From: Pavona decussata
Lineage: Eukaryota
Length of the DNA stretch: 64,000 nucleotides
Direction of reading: 5' to 3'
NCBI GenBank assembly: GCA_977016875.1
Contig: CDRNST010000122.1
Span: 1,984,001 to 2,048,000 of the forward strand
Both the position numbers and the translations under genes were made by a program. The notes under the pieces were generated by a model. The model ran no database searches and was not told the origin of the DNA. It saw only the letters and a program-made list of their open reading frames with translations. Shown here in pieces: positions 13,176 to 24,905 of this stretch (the stretch's first letter is position 1; every line of letters begins with the position of its first letter).

Positions 13176-16100
13176 TCATGGAACACAGTCTCCCGGTATT
13201 CCCCCGTGTTTGTGTAGCTGAGAGGCCTGAGTAAAAGTCTTTCCACATCTTTCACACAAAAATGGCTTTTCGCCAGTGTGCGTGCGCACATGATTGTGCA
13301 GAGTTGTCGCTCCAGAGAATGATCGAGAGCAATAGCCGCACTTGAATGGTTTCTCACCAGCGTGAATGACAGCGTGCATGCGCAGTTCGTTCGGATGATC
13401 AAAGGACTGAGTGCACTGGCCACAGTGATAGGGCTTGTGAGGCCTGTTTGGACACACATGAATCTGCAATACTGATCGCTGAGCGAATGATTTTCCGCAC
13501 TGTCCACAGCTAAAAAAGCTGGCATCAGAACCATCTGAACTGTTTTCGTCATCATCAGCTGTGGACTGGCTTTCTTCTGCCACTGAAGGCGAAACCTTGG
13601 AGTCATCACCATGGTTACCAAGGGAGCCTGGGGTGTCCTGATGACCATTGGCTTTCGTGCGTCGCGCGACAACGTTCGTTGCTCCAAGAGACACAGCTTG
13701 ATTTTTCTGTTCCAAACTCGCATCTGCTGAAGAAAACCCTTTTGTAATTGGCGCACTGCATAGCGCGCCTGTGTCAGCACATGCCCGTGCAACGTGACGA
13801 GCGGTATCGTAGCCTTCTGCTGTTAGAGATGCACGGGAACCTCCACTTCTTGAGGAAATAGTTGGGCTTCTGCGACGTTTGACACGTGTTGGACCATGTG
13901 ACTCATCACGCAATGGATCACGTGATGGATCACGTGATGGCAATGAAGGCCTTATGGACGGTGATTGTTGATTGTCGGTCAGGGCCATGGGGCGATACCC
14001 ATAGGGGGACAATTGTGGATTTTCTCGTGAAACTACACCCAACATCTCCGAATGTTGTCTTGAATCTGAATAAAATATTAACACCTTGTAGTTAACACGA
14101 AGAACTGAGGTTTAAATCAGCAGATTAGACGTTATTTTGGACATTGTATCCATTAAATACCGAGAATAGGAACAAACGACAGAATAATAAAAAAATTCCG
14201 AACCTAGCTACGTTTAGCGCACAGTTTCAAGGTAACGTGCATCTGCCGGTTGTTAGTATACACCAAACCAGAGCATAGTGGTTTTCACGCGCTCTGATTT
14301 GCTATTATATTCAAACTTCAGGTAGTATTTCCAATTCACCTCCCGCCATTGTCCCGATTTGCGCGCGAGTTTTTCCGCCAGTTTGTTAGCAATAAACTGA
14401 CTCATTGTGCCTGACTATACACTTGTTTGGTATATACTAAAACATTTTTCCACATCAGTGACCCTGAATTAGTGTTAAATATCGGGTTTGGATTTCAGAA
14501 AACCTGTAGGTATATACTCCGAGCTGAAAACCTAATTATTTCTCTGGTATACTCAATGTGACTTTTGCGTCTATGCATGAAATTCTAAAGTGTGTCATTG
14601 AAATTAACGGTACGGATTAGTATTTTCCAGTGAAATTGTTTGTTTTCAATATTCAATCAAACGCTAATTTGTGTTAGTTTTCGAATAAAATAATCTTTTG
14701 TCTGCTTAGAATACACGAATTACTGGAGTTTGAAACGGTTTCCCCTACCCACCAAACCCCCCCCCCCCCCCCCTCTCTCTCTCTCCGCGCCATAAGTCAC
14801 TTCTTACCGACAGGAGATCCAGGGGAGGTTTCACGTATTTCAAGTGGGATACCCATGTATTGAGGGTATTTTTCGTCATACCACACCAGCAGCTCTGTTC
14901 CGGGGGGGATGTCTCTAAATGCTCGGTAGTAAATATTGCCGTAGTACTGGAACGCAAACATGTTCTGCTCGCCACCGTGTCTTGCACAGCGGATATATCG
15001 CATCCAGCTTGACTTGTTTTCATCTCGTCCATCGATATAATAAAGAAGCTTTCCTTCATGGTATATCTGAAAAACGAATGATCTTCTGGCTGAATTAAAC
15101 TTGCTAAGTTAGAAGTATGCGTATACTTGTAAATTATCGGCGTGCTACCACGCGCACATGTTGCGAACCTGTAGTTTGTTTACGTCATTTCGCCATGTGC
15201 TCGGTCACGTGACTGTGGACAGTCTCGCTGGAGAAACGCCATTTTGGAACGCCGGTTGATCGTACGTTGTGAATTGCGTTGGATCTGTAATTGCCTGTAA
15301 TAGCCTTTACATTGGATCGAAACAGTGGGTAAGTTCGGTCATTTATGTATTTGCGCTTCTCATTTGCTGGATCGCTATTTCCAGAAATTCTGACTTAACC
15401 TGAGCTGACTTATAATTAACTTGACCTTTTGATCCGCGTGATCATGACCTGGAGAGTTTGTCTTTGATTATTTAATGGAATGAAATAGAGCTTTCCAGTT
15501 TATGGTCTGAGTTTTCGACTCCAAACTTGGAATTATTGTTCTTTACGTAGCCTGCGATCTACGGATAAATAATGATTATTGAAGTTTATTTGTAGCCACT
15601 TTCAACGTTTATGCATCAGTCAATTCCAACAGTGCCCTCCCCCCCACCCCCCCTGGGCCGACCCGCGGGAATTACATTTTGTTAAAGAAATAAACTGGCA
15701 AATAGCCCACGGCTGGGACAAACTAGTTGGTCAAATGTCCCGGGAAAGTGGCTCAAAATGTTTTATTTTTTTTTGTCTCTTGTCTTACTTTCAATAAAAT
15801 CTAAGCTAATTCAGACCAAATTTAGTCCTAGCAAGGTCTTGTTTCCCGCAGTATTGAAAAAAAAAATAGGTTTTTCTGCAGCTCTAGTGTCTCATTTATG
15901 TCCATATTATATTATATTTATGTCACATATTCAAGAAGAAACTTGCCATATTTGCTGATGAATTGGTCATTAAAAGAAGCGACAATGCTGTATGGTGAAA
16001 ATAGCGAGATGGTCAAATGCCCCGGGATGGACAGTGTGGGAATGCCCCACTATTGCCTGGGAGGGGGATTTAAATGGTAGGATGGGCACAGCTGGTATTG

Positions 16101-19100
16101 ACTGATACATTAATACATACACAGCGGACCATCTTTCGACATACCATGTAAGCAGGCCTAAGTCTTAAATGAAAGCACAACTTAAGTTTAGGTTAAGTTT
16201 AATAATACTTTGTTAGAGGGACTTACATGACTAGATAATAATTGAGGGAAACTGAATTCCCTCACTAAGGTTACTCTCTAATTACAGCATTGGCATTGAA
16301 CTCGACTTTGGACTTTTTTTTATTGTCAGACTGATGTGGGGGAATATCAAGAAATCAACCTTAGAGTGATAAATCAACAGTTTGAAATTTAACACCTTGC
16401 AAACAAAACGGCCGAATTCTATAGGAAGTTTAACATCGAACAGAGCCAATCAAAAGCGGGCAAATATTTTGAATTTTCCTGAACCGAGCAGTGCAAAGTT
16501 AACAGGTTAACACTTATCAGCCATATTACGTCAGTAGTTGTTGTTAATTTGTCATTCCTTTTGCCAATAAGTGGAAAATGTTCTGGCTTTATAGTTAAAA
16601 TGGTCTTTCAGCTGTTTATCTAGCATGTCGATGTCAAAAGATGGTATGATGAAAGATAGTCACTATTCTCTGCTGCACATGTAACACTGAAAGTGGCTAT
16701 AAACATATGTAGCAGTTAAGTTTGGAAACAGCTAGTTTATCGTTAAACATAACCCATCTCTAGAGATACAACGGTTGCTAATTGCTCAAAATTGAGTTGG
16801 AATAAAATATACCTCCCACATGTAAGGTGCATCTGTTCCAAGACAAACTTGGTCGGCTCTCACTATTTCGCCTTCATAAGGTCCAATCCAGGTTCCCATG
16901 GGAATACGCTGTTTCGCGCACACCCCATAACCTGCTGCAGGGAGACCAGACTTGCACAGGCCGACTTCATTTGGAAAAGACTCCACTGCGTAAGGCCATT
17001 GTAAGTTGTTGTTATTTGTTTTGTTGTTGTTGTTGTTAACTGGTGTTGATATTTTGAGGGTTTGGTGAGGACCGTGTATTTGGCATATTTCTGGTTTCTC
17101 TTGATAACATCCTTTACACCCTGGGGGAGAGGGAAGAAATGAATAGTCATGATATGCCACAAATTCCACGTGTCTCACAGATCACTACATTAGCCATTTG
17201 CATAAAATTGTAACAAACGACACATCAACTAAGAAACTTTTGAATGCAGGGGGCCAGACGACGCACAACTAAACTGTTCTGAATATGTTTCGTTGCCAGA
17301 TCTCTTGTAGTACAAATGCCTGTGCCAGACGTCACTTTACGTGTAAATAAGATTTGTCCCTGAAAAAGACTAGCAGTACTAGCTGAAATATTGGCCCAAA
17401 TAAATTGCCTTTTGCCGTAGTGTCAGCCCTGCAATCACTTTGGTTAACAGCAACTAAGGGGGATATTTAGAGATATCTTAAAATATATATATTTGTCACG
17501 AGCAAAATTACCCCTTGGGTGTGGTTGTTTAAAAGCCTTTTCAAAGTGTTACCGACTCGGACCTAACAACCTACTTATCTTAAGATTCTGAATGTACTTT
17601 TTGAACGTCGTCTGCCAAGGATTGTACTTTTTCAAGTGAATCTCGGTGGTAATGGAGGAAAGAACTGTTAAAGGAGAATAATCCAGAACTAGCGTATAAT
17701 ACATATGTTGAACTAGAAGAACAGTTATTCTGACAGCGGTGCGATGCGCGTTATTGGGGCGCGTTATTCTGGAGCCTGAAAAGAGCGACTGTAAACCAGT
17801 TGAATTAAATTTTTTCCTCATGACTGTAACGATTCAACAAGGGCGACTTTTATGAAGTCTTACACATTAACAAAGACTACTACCAGTTTTTTTTTTTCAA
17901 AGACGGTGGCGCGGACGATGCGAGAATCTGAAATTGCGTCGATCTTCGAGCGGTAAGCACTGAACTGAAGCGAGAGCCGCAAGTATAATGAGGGCGGCTT
18001 GCGTCCTTTCACTCGCCCTCCTTGAAAGACGTAGATCTCGCTCGCAGTCTAACAGCAACAAACATCGAATCTTCTTCATGTTTCCGACTTGTATACATAT
18101 TTATTAAATTATTTATGGTTATATTTATTTAAACTCCTACTATAGGGCGAACTATTTTAGGAGCACATCATTAAAGCATTAAATCAAAGCTGGGCCTCCA
18201 AGGATGCCTCTCGTTGAAGCATACAGGTTGATCCGAACAATAAAGACTTTAGTTTTGTCTCAGAGCTAGCGGAGAAACAGGCCGTGAGTCTAGACAGCCA
18301 TCCTCAAACCCTCAGGTAGCATTGTCTTGGCCAAGTTCTACTCAAGTTGAGTATATTTTACTTGAGGCTTTTTTTCGTTATAACGTCTCGCTCTTTTGAC
18401 ATTCGTTTCATTTCGCTGCTCTAAATTTCGTTTTGTTTCATTGCTATAATTGCATATTCCTTGTGAACTGCGTCTACTCGTTTTTAAGAAGCGTGTCAAA
18501 AATAAATAAATGCATGACAGGGTGGCTTTGAATCAATATGGTGTAGCAGTTAAGGGTGTTCAGATTTAATGTTTTATTACCTTCTTTACGCTTGAGCACT
18601 TCAATATGTCGCGCAGTTCAGTTGTATTTTCTGAATTCTTTTATGGATCGTGTATGATAATCATTTACACAGGTGTACCGAGCATGCAAACCATTTGATG
18701 GAGCTCAAAATTTGCAAAAATAACCCAACTTTACTGACAGTGTCGTTGTAAAAAGTGAGTACAGATGCGAATCAAATTTGCACTCTTTTCGCGGACTTTT
18801 AAGCTATTCATCTCCCAAGGTGGGTGTTTTTCTTGTTGTTTGTGCGGTTATTGTGCGGATTTACGGCGACTTTTGCCGGGGCTTGAATGACATTGGAAAC
18901 GAGTACTGAAAATGTGGAGTATGTAGAAAGCCTGAGNNNNNNNNNNNNNNNNNNNNNNNNNNNNNNNNNNNNNNNNNNNNNNNNNNNNNNNNNNNNNNNN
19001 NNNNNNNNNNNNNNNNNNNNNNNNNNNNNNNNNNNNNNNNNNNNNNNNNNNNNNNNNNNNNNNNAAAGTCTTCGCTGCATCAGAAGGCAAGTTGGACAGA

Positions 19101-21716
19101 GTCCTGCAGTCAACCAAGTGTGCAATGCAAGATATTGGTCTTGAATGTAACCCGAAAAAGTACTCAGTGATTCACTTGAAAAGAGGTATTCAAATGTGCA
19201 ACGAGCCAGGCGTGAAGATGGGTGACCAAATGACCATTACAGCCTTTCACGATGACACAGTACAAATTTTTGGGTGTGCAAGAGAACCTTTTAGAAGACG
19301 AAAAGCTTGCCTTGGCAGGTGCGGCGAAGGAGGATCTTCGCAGAGTTTTAATCATGTGGCCTCAAACCCACTTTCGGACTTTAATCTCGTGGTGGCGACA
19401 AACCAGTACGTCTTGCCTGTCTTGAGTTATTTGATGTTGACGCGGCACTGGCCATTTGTGAGAGTTGAAAAATGTTGACAGAGAACCCCGCAAAATAAAC
19501 CTAGAGAACGGAGGTAAACACCCTTCTATTCTTACCTCCTTGCTGTATCTCCCTAGGGATAAAGGAGAAGGAGACTGCGCTCTGTGGAACACGAGTACAA
19601 ACTTACAAAGATCAAGGCGGCGCTCATGTTATACCAAAACGCAGACCAGACGATGCTGGTAGTAAGAGAATTCAAAGGAACGCGCGGAGATTTTAGGTCA
19701 CAATTCACGGCTACGTGGAGGAACTAGATATTGCATAATAACTTGAACACCCAATCCGAAAGTGCTTCACTGCTAACGGAGACGAAATTTCAACAAAGAA
19801 TTGGAGTAAAATTGAAGAAAGCCAAAGAATTGCAGTTCTGGGAGACCGCCAAAAGTAAGAAATGGCAAGGAAAGTTATTCTGTACGAGATGGCAAGATAA
19901 AAGCTTGAAGGTGACAAGCTGCTTTGCATGGTTTAAGAGTGGAATGCCTGTCCATCATACACTATAGCAGACATGTATGAGTTGTGTGAGCAACTACTGC
20001 CCGCAAAGCTGTACACTAGTGAGAAAACTAAGACCTGCACGGAAGGTTAAGCAATGTGTAGACTGTGAGGTAAGGCCCCCCGAAAGCCGTCTCCCACATC
20101 CTGGCGGGTTGTGCTGCCCTGGTATAAACCAAATACCTCATTGTCCAGGAATAACAATGCATTAAAGATCTTGTGTTATAAACTCTGTAGTTTTACATGA
20201 AACACCGGTTGGTTGACCAAGTTCCACCTTGGCACTCGCCAGTGATGACAAATCCACGTAATCAGCCTGATGATTGTGAGGCATTTTGGGATGTTCCCAT
20301 AGAAGCAGAGCACCATGCAGTTAGAGCTAATAGGATTGACACAAGAATTGTGAGTCACAGGGATAAGAAAGTAACCATGCCAGAAATGACCTGCCCAGAA
20401 AAATCAAAGAAAAAGCAGAAAAATCAAGAGAAGCTGATGAAATATGACGTGGGGAACTGAAACAGTGCTATCAAGAATACACTGTGGAACAATACAATAT
20501 CGTTATTGACGTGTTGGGGGGGGGGGGGGTGGTCGAAGGACCTCGAGTGCTCGATGCTGAAGAGGCTAGGAAGAAGAGGGAAGAAATTGTTAGCGAATAT
20601 GCCGAAGGCTGTCATCTCCAACAGCCTGAACATTGCCCGAACTTTTAAAATAGTCGTTTTGGTGCTTAGGCTTGATAGCCTTGCTATTAGTTATAGTGTT
20701 TCCTCAAATATTTTCAGTGTAAGTTTTTATTACTGGACTTTCACATTTGTGATCTAAATGTTTAAAAAACAATGGACTCGATTTCTGCTATACCAAATTA
20801 TACAACACAGGTTTCTTTTTAATTTTTATAGGCAAAGACAGGATTTTCTTCATTTTCTTTTTATTTAACTGTTTTATTTGTTTCAAATAGATCTAAAGCT
20901 TATCTCAGTCAGCGAACCGGTGAAATTATGTTGGTGTCAGAAATTTAATGAATAACAAACAAATTTCCCAGTGAGATCTGAACGATTACAACATCGAGTG
21001 TTATTTCTGAGCAACTCTTTGTGAGACTGAGTATTATGCTTAAACAGACTGAAAGAAAACAAGTCAGGATTTGCCGATAAATTAATACATATACAGTGAT
21101 ATTGCAAATGATAGTTGCATTTTGATAATCCTTGCACTTTTCTTGCTAGACTCTACTGCTTTGATCAACATTACAGTTCGGTCAATTCATTTTTTGTTCA
21201 GTGTTGCCATAATTAAAGCCGGTTTTTTTGCACCCAACGTCATATCCTGGCTCTTACACAAGTCACACCATGATGAAGGGACATCAAGGAAATAAATTAT
21301 ATTCCGCGATACATTGCATTGCATAACATACGAATGATAGCTATAACAAATTAAACTTTATAAGGACTGTTTTGGTTGGCAAATCAAATGGTACTCATAA
21401 ACCGACATCAAAGGATACGGCTTTTAACAAGGTTTTGACGCAGCAACATTTTGCGGCAAAGTTAGGTAAAATATTAACAATTTAGGAACTTACAGTAGCT
21501 GTTGACTTCCTCTCCGCGTTGAAGAGATGTTTTTAACTCATCTTTGTTTACAAGTCTTACTTCATTTCTTCTGTACAAGCATCGTTGAAGATCGTTTGGT
21601 GTAAAGAGGACTGGCTGCGCTGTGTGCGGCGTCGGGTACGATCTTTCTTGCGTAACGTTTGAATCTTTGCGGCCTGTATACGCGGTTTTTACTCTTGGAA
21701 ATCCAGCGTTACTCAT
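13176..21716 (-). CDS. PRDM6: PRDM6-like protein, paralog 3 (~559 aa). Exons 21716-21494, 17120-16813, 15066-14808, 14065-13176
   Basis: Pre-SET FTPNDLQRCLY; knuckle WCKGC..CQIH; [29 protein letters not shown]; four fingers incl. CGYCSRSFSGATTLHNH. Exon sum 1680 nt. The first exon join crosses the N-gap and a retroelement, so it is less certain. Confidence 0.85.
15612..16109. mobile_element. Non-autonomous DNA transposon in an intron of paralog 3
   Basis: TGCATCAGTCAATTCCAACAGTGCCC ... GGGCACAGCTGGTATTGACTGATACA imperfect TIRs; TTA on both flanks. Confidence 0.7.
18937..19064. other. Assembly gap (128 N)
   Basis: Run of n characters. Confidence 1.
19065..20700 (+). mobile_element. Decayed non-LTR retrotransposon with restriction-like endonuclease (R4/NeSL-type), 3' part, antisense within a paralog 3 intron
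   Basis: Frameshifted motifs in the expected order: DIGLECNPKK, YKFLGV, NQYVLPVLSYLM, LLYLPRDKG, KKWQGKLF, CCHC knuckle CRL*GKAP..HILAGC, RLE WDVPI..RANRID..EMTCP, terminal SLNIARTFK. Confidence 0.85.
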
Positions 21717-24700
21717 CTAAAAATGACAATAAAAATAAACCACATTACTGTCTGCCAAACTTCTCCATACATGTAATGAAGAAGAACGTCAAAAGGCGTA
21801 ACAGTCCTAGACATTGGATTGCTGTCAGACGAAGCAGTATCATTCTAAATTACCACGCTGCTTGCCGAGCATAATTACACCCTTATTAAATGTGTGATAT
21901 AAAATACAAAATGAACAAACTCATGTACTATTTGGCCAAAGATTACAATGACATTTACTTGAGACAACTTCCCTGGAGGGCCAGTCGAAAATACAGCAAA
22001 TCACACTGAACAGGGATTAATTTTAGCGCCTTTGGGGCCGGTCTGAAGGAATTCTTACGCAGACTTTGACGAAGTCAAAGTTATGACGTAAGTCAGTCAA
22101 ATTAGAGGTCTGTTTATTAAAAACATGCCCTGACATTCCCAACTATGGTCATAATGATATGTGTATTGATCTGTATAGCATGAATGCTGATGATTCTTAC
22201 TTCCCTGATTTCAATTTTGGTATTTGCTGTGATCAGTTTGCGAAAACGTAAGGAGGAAAACATTGAGCTTTTAGTGCATTGTGTCGCTTCATTGTTGTAC
22301 ATGCATAGAAGCAGGAGGCGCAGGAGTTTAGTAACTCCAGGTGCAACCTTTGTAGAGGCTGCTATCGAACCATGCCAAATTGGTGAAGTTTTTATTAATA
22401 CAAACCATTAACTATCCTTGTTTGAATGCTTCTTTGTGTAGTGGCTAAGCATTTCGTGAAAGGATGAGGTGAACTTTGCCTTGACGAAGTAAGCCAAGCG
22501 AAACGCAAGATAAAGAAATGCAAATTTTTCGTGAGAAGTTCCATAGTTTTGAATCTCAATCAACCTTGTCAAAGGATCGTCCGACTGTTTGAAATGGCAA
22601 TAATAATGGATTGAAATTGTTGTTTTCAACTGAATAAACAGGAATTACTTTGATTTTGATAAGAATAATTGACCAGTTTAAATACCATCATTTTTATCTC
22701 TTATGCGCCTACATTCTGCTCTAACACGTAGAAATGGATGTGTTTTGTTGTGTCTTGTCTTGAAAAGCAGAAATAAACAACCTTTTGGAGTGTCCTGTCC
22801 ACTCACGTATCACGAACAAACTGAGCCCTTCAATTAAACCTAATGCCTACAATATTACAGACCAGAGCTCTCACCCTGCCCGGGAAATCCTGAACCAACA
22901 TTACGCTAGAAGCGCTCGTTTCGCTGATAAGAAATCATGGTTAGCTGTTCTCGGAATCACCATGCATATTTGCATTCTAATCAGTCAACAAGTTTCGACC
23001 CAACTTACTTGGTTCTTACGGCCTGTTTTCCGTTCTACAGATTTGTGGAGTTGTCCGTTCCAGTATAAATTAACAATGTGCAGTTTGTGGCTCGCAGATA
23101 AGCTCACGGAATTTCAGAGCTTTTAACTCACTTAACTCACTTACGTAACGCTACAACGCTTAAATCCTAACCGCCTGGAGAAGTCTCTTTAACAGTGATG
23201 ATACTGTTGAGTGAGTTGTTCTCATTTAACGGAGAATGGCTGTTCATGTATGCATAATAAGGTGAAAAGCCACTGACAGGCGCTTCTGATTGACAAATGT
23301 CGTTTAAGTTCAATTGTGACGTAATTTTGAACTCAACATGATTAAATCGGGTGTTGTGTTTTAGCTTGGGAGACTTCACTCACATCGACCACATCAAAAG
23401 ATGATATTGGTTCAAAACTCAGCCATGTACAGCTCAAAGATTTTTGCTGCTTTCCCTTACGTATTTTTTAGGACCGTAGATTTGCCAAGTTTGCCTGCAT
23501 GGCTTCACTGAAGGTAGGAAACATCTTTTATATATACCAACCACTGCGTAATGACGACGAATTGAATAAATTTGATAAGAATGACTAATTTCGCCATTTC
23601 TTTTCAAAATATGTCAGTTCACATTTCTGGTCACCCATAGGTCGGCTTATGATTTGCACTTCTCAGTAGGTTTGCCCCTATTTGGCAGTGATCAATGCCA
23701 ATAACCGATAAAATTCAAAACTAGATTAACACCAAATAAAAGAGTCAGGCTTGATTGTTTTTAATTAGTAGACGACAAAATGATTGAAATGGGGAAATCA
23801 CGATGTTTACTATTAGGACACATTAGGAACTCAATCAAACAAACTAAAAGTTTCTAAAGATGGGGCGAGCAATCAGTCGCCAATTGTACCAACAACAAGA
23901 AGTAGCTTTGATTGCATGGCCGTAACTAAGTACATACTAATCATATTTGAGGATTCTTTATTCGGGAGGTGTCTTCAAGAAATATGAATGGATGATTTGT
24001 TTTTGGCATGTTGGCTTGCAGATGGCAATAACCTGATCAAAGTAAGTGTTCTGTAATTTTGATCGTTTCTTCCACTACCCTGACTATGCTTCTATCCTTC
24101 AAGTCCGTGTGTACATGTACTTCGTGTTTTTTGTTTTTTTTTTGTACTGTATTGACCTTGGCGAAGCCAATGAATAAATGCCCAGGCTGACGGGGTAGCA
24201 TGTACACAAATGATGACGCTCAATGCAGCAAAGACAAACGCAGATGTAGTTTCATCACAATATTGCTTTCTTTGTGGGTCTTACAAGAGTTCTGAGTTAC
24301 TTTCAATCACAATGCATCATGGGTAGACGTTCATCCTTCTCTTTGTATAATCATAGTCATCTCCGCGTAGACACCTCAGGAAATGCTAACACCGACAAGG
24401 CTTCTGAGAGTATTCTTTTAAAAATGCCTTCTGCAAGTGTAGATAAACGTTTTATATACTGAGACATGTTCTTTCTTTGTCGGATATTTAAGCTCTCGTG
24501 TCAATATGCATCACTCAACTACCAGTTCTATACATACTTGATTTATTGTTTTTTGTATTTACAACTGTACAATTGATTTGTTTTTCATTGTATTCTGATA
24601 TGTCAAATTTCAACTCAATGCAAACTTTGTACGGCGGGCTATACTAAATACAGTTAACCCCTACTTTTATTATTTACCTATGAACGCTAGAGAGACTGGC

Positions 24701-24905
24701 GCATACGCATTATTTACTCGGCTCGTATGCCTAAATTCTGCCTCAGAAATTGTTCAATCTCTTCCAACGTTCATGCACCTCAGTTGTCATCGATTAGTAA
24801 TTGTTCCAATATTATATTCTTTTGTTTTATCCTCTCTTTCTAAGCAATCCACATTATTGTCAGGGATTTTGTGATTACTGCTTGACATTTATTTCTGGAA
24901 AAACA

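Noticed and set aside
13160-13792. 210-aa overlapping ORF and other antisense or alternate-frame ORFs over PRDM exons (e.g. 8849-9160, 24998-25459)
   Set aside because: Shadow frames of GC-richer coding exons; no independent motifs or splice support.
22120-22411. Hydrophobic TM-like ORF followed by a basic patch, antisense and upstream of the paralog 3 start
   Set aside because: In-frame TGA just upstream, no recognisable domain or splice support; hydrophobic frames are common in T-rich DNA.
23145-23260. Possible first coding exon of paralog 3 (strong GTAAGT donor at 23144)
   Set aside because: In-frame stop immediately upstream and no ATG; at most a 5' UTR exon, which cannot be confirmed from sequence alone.
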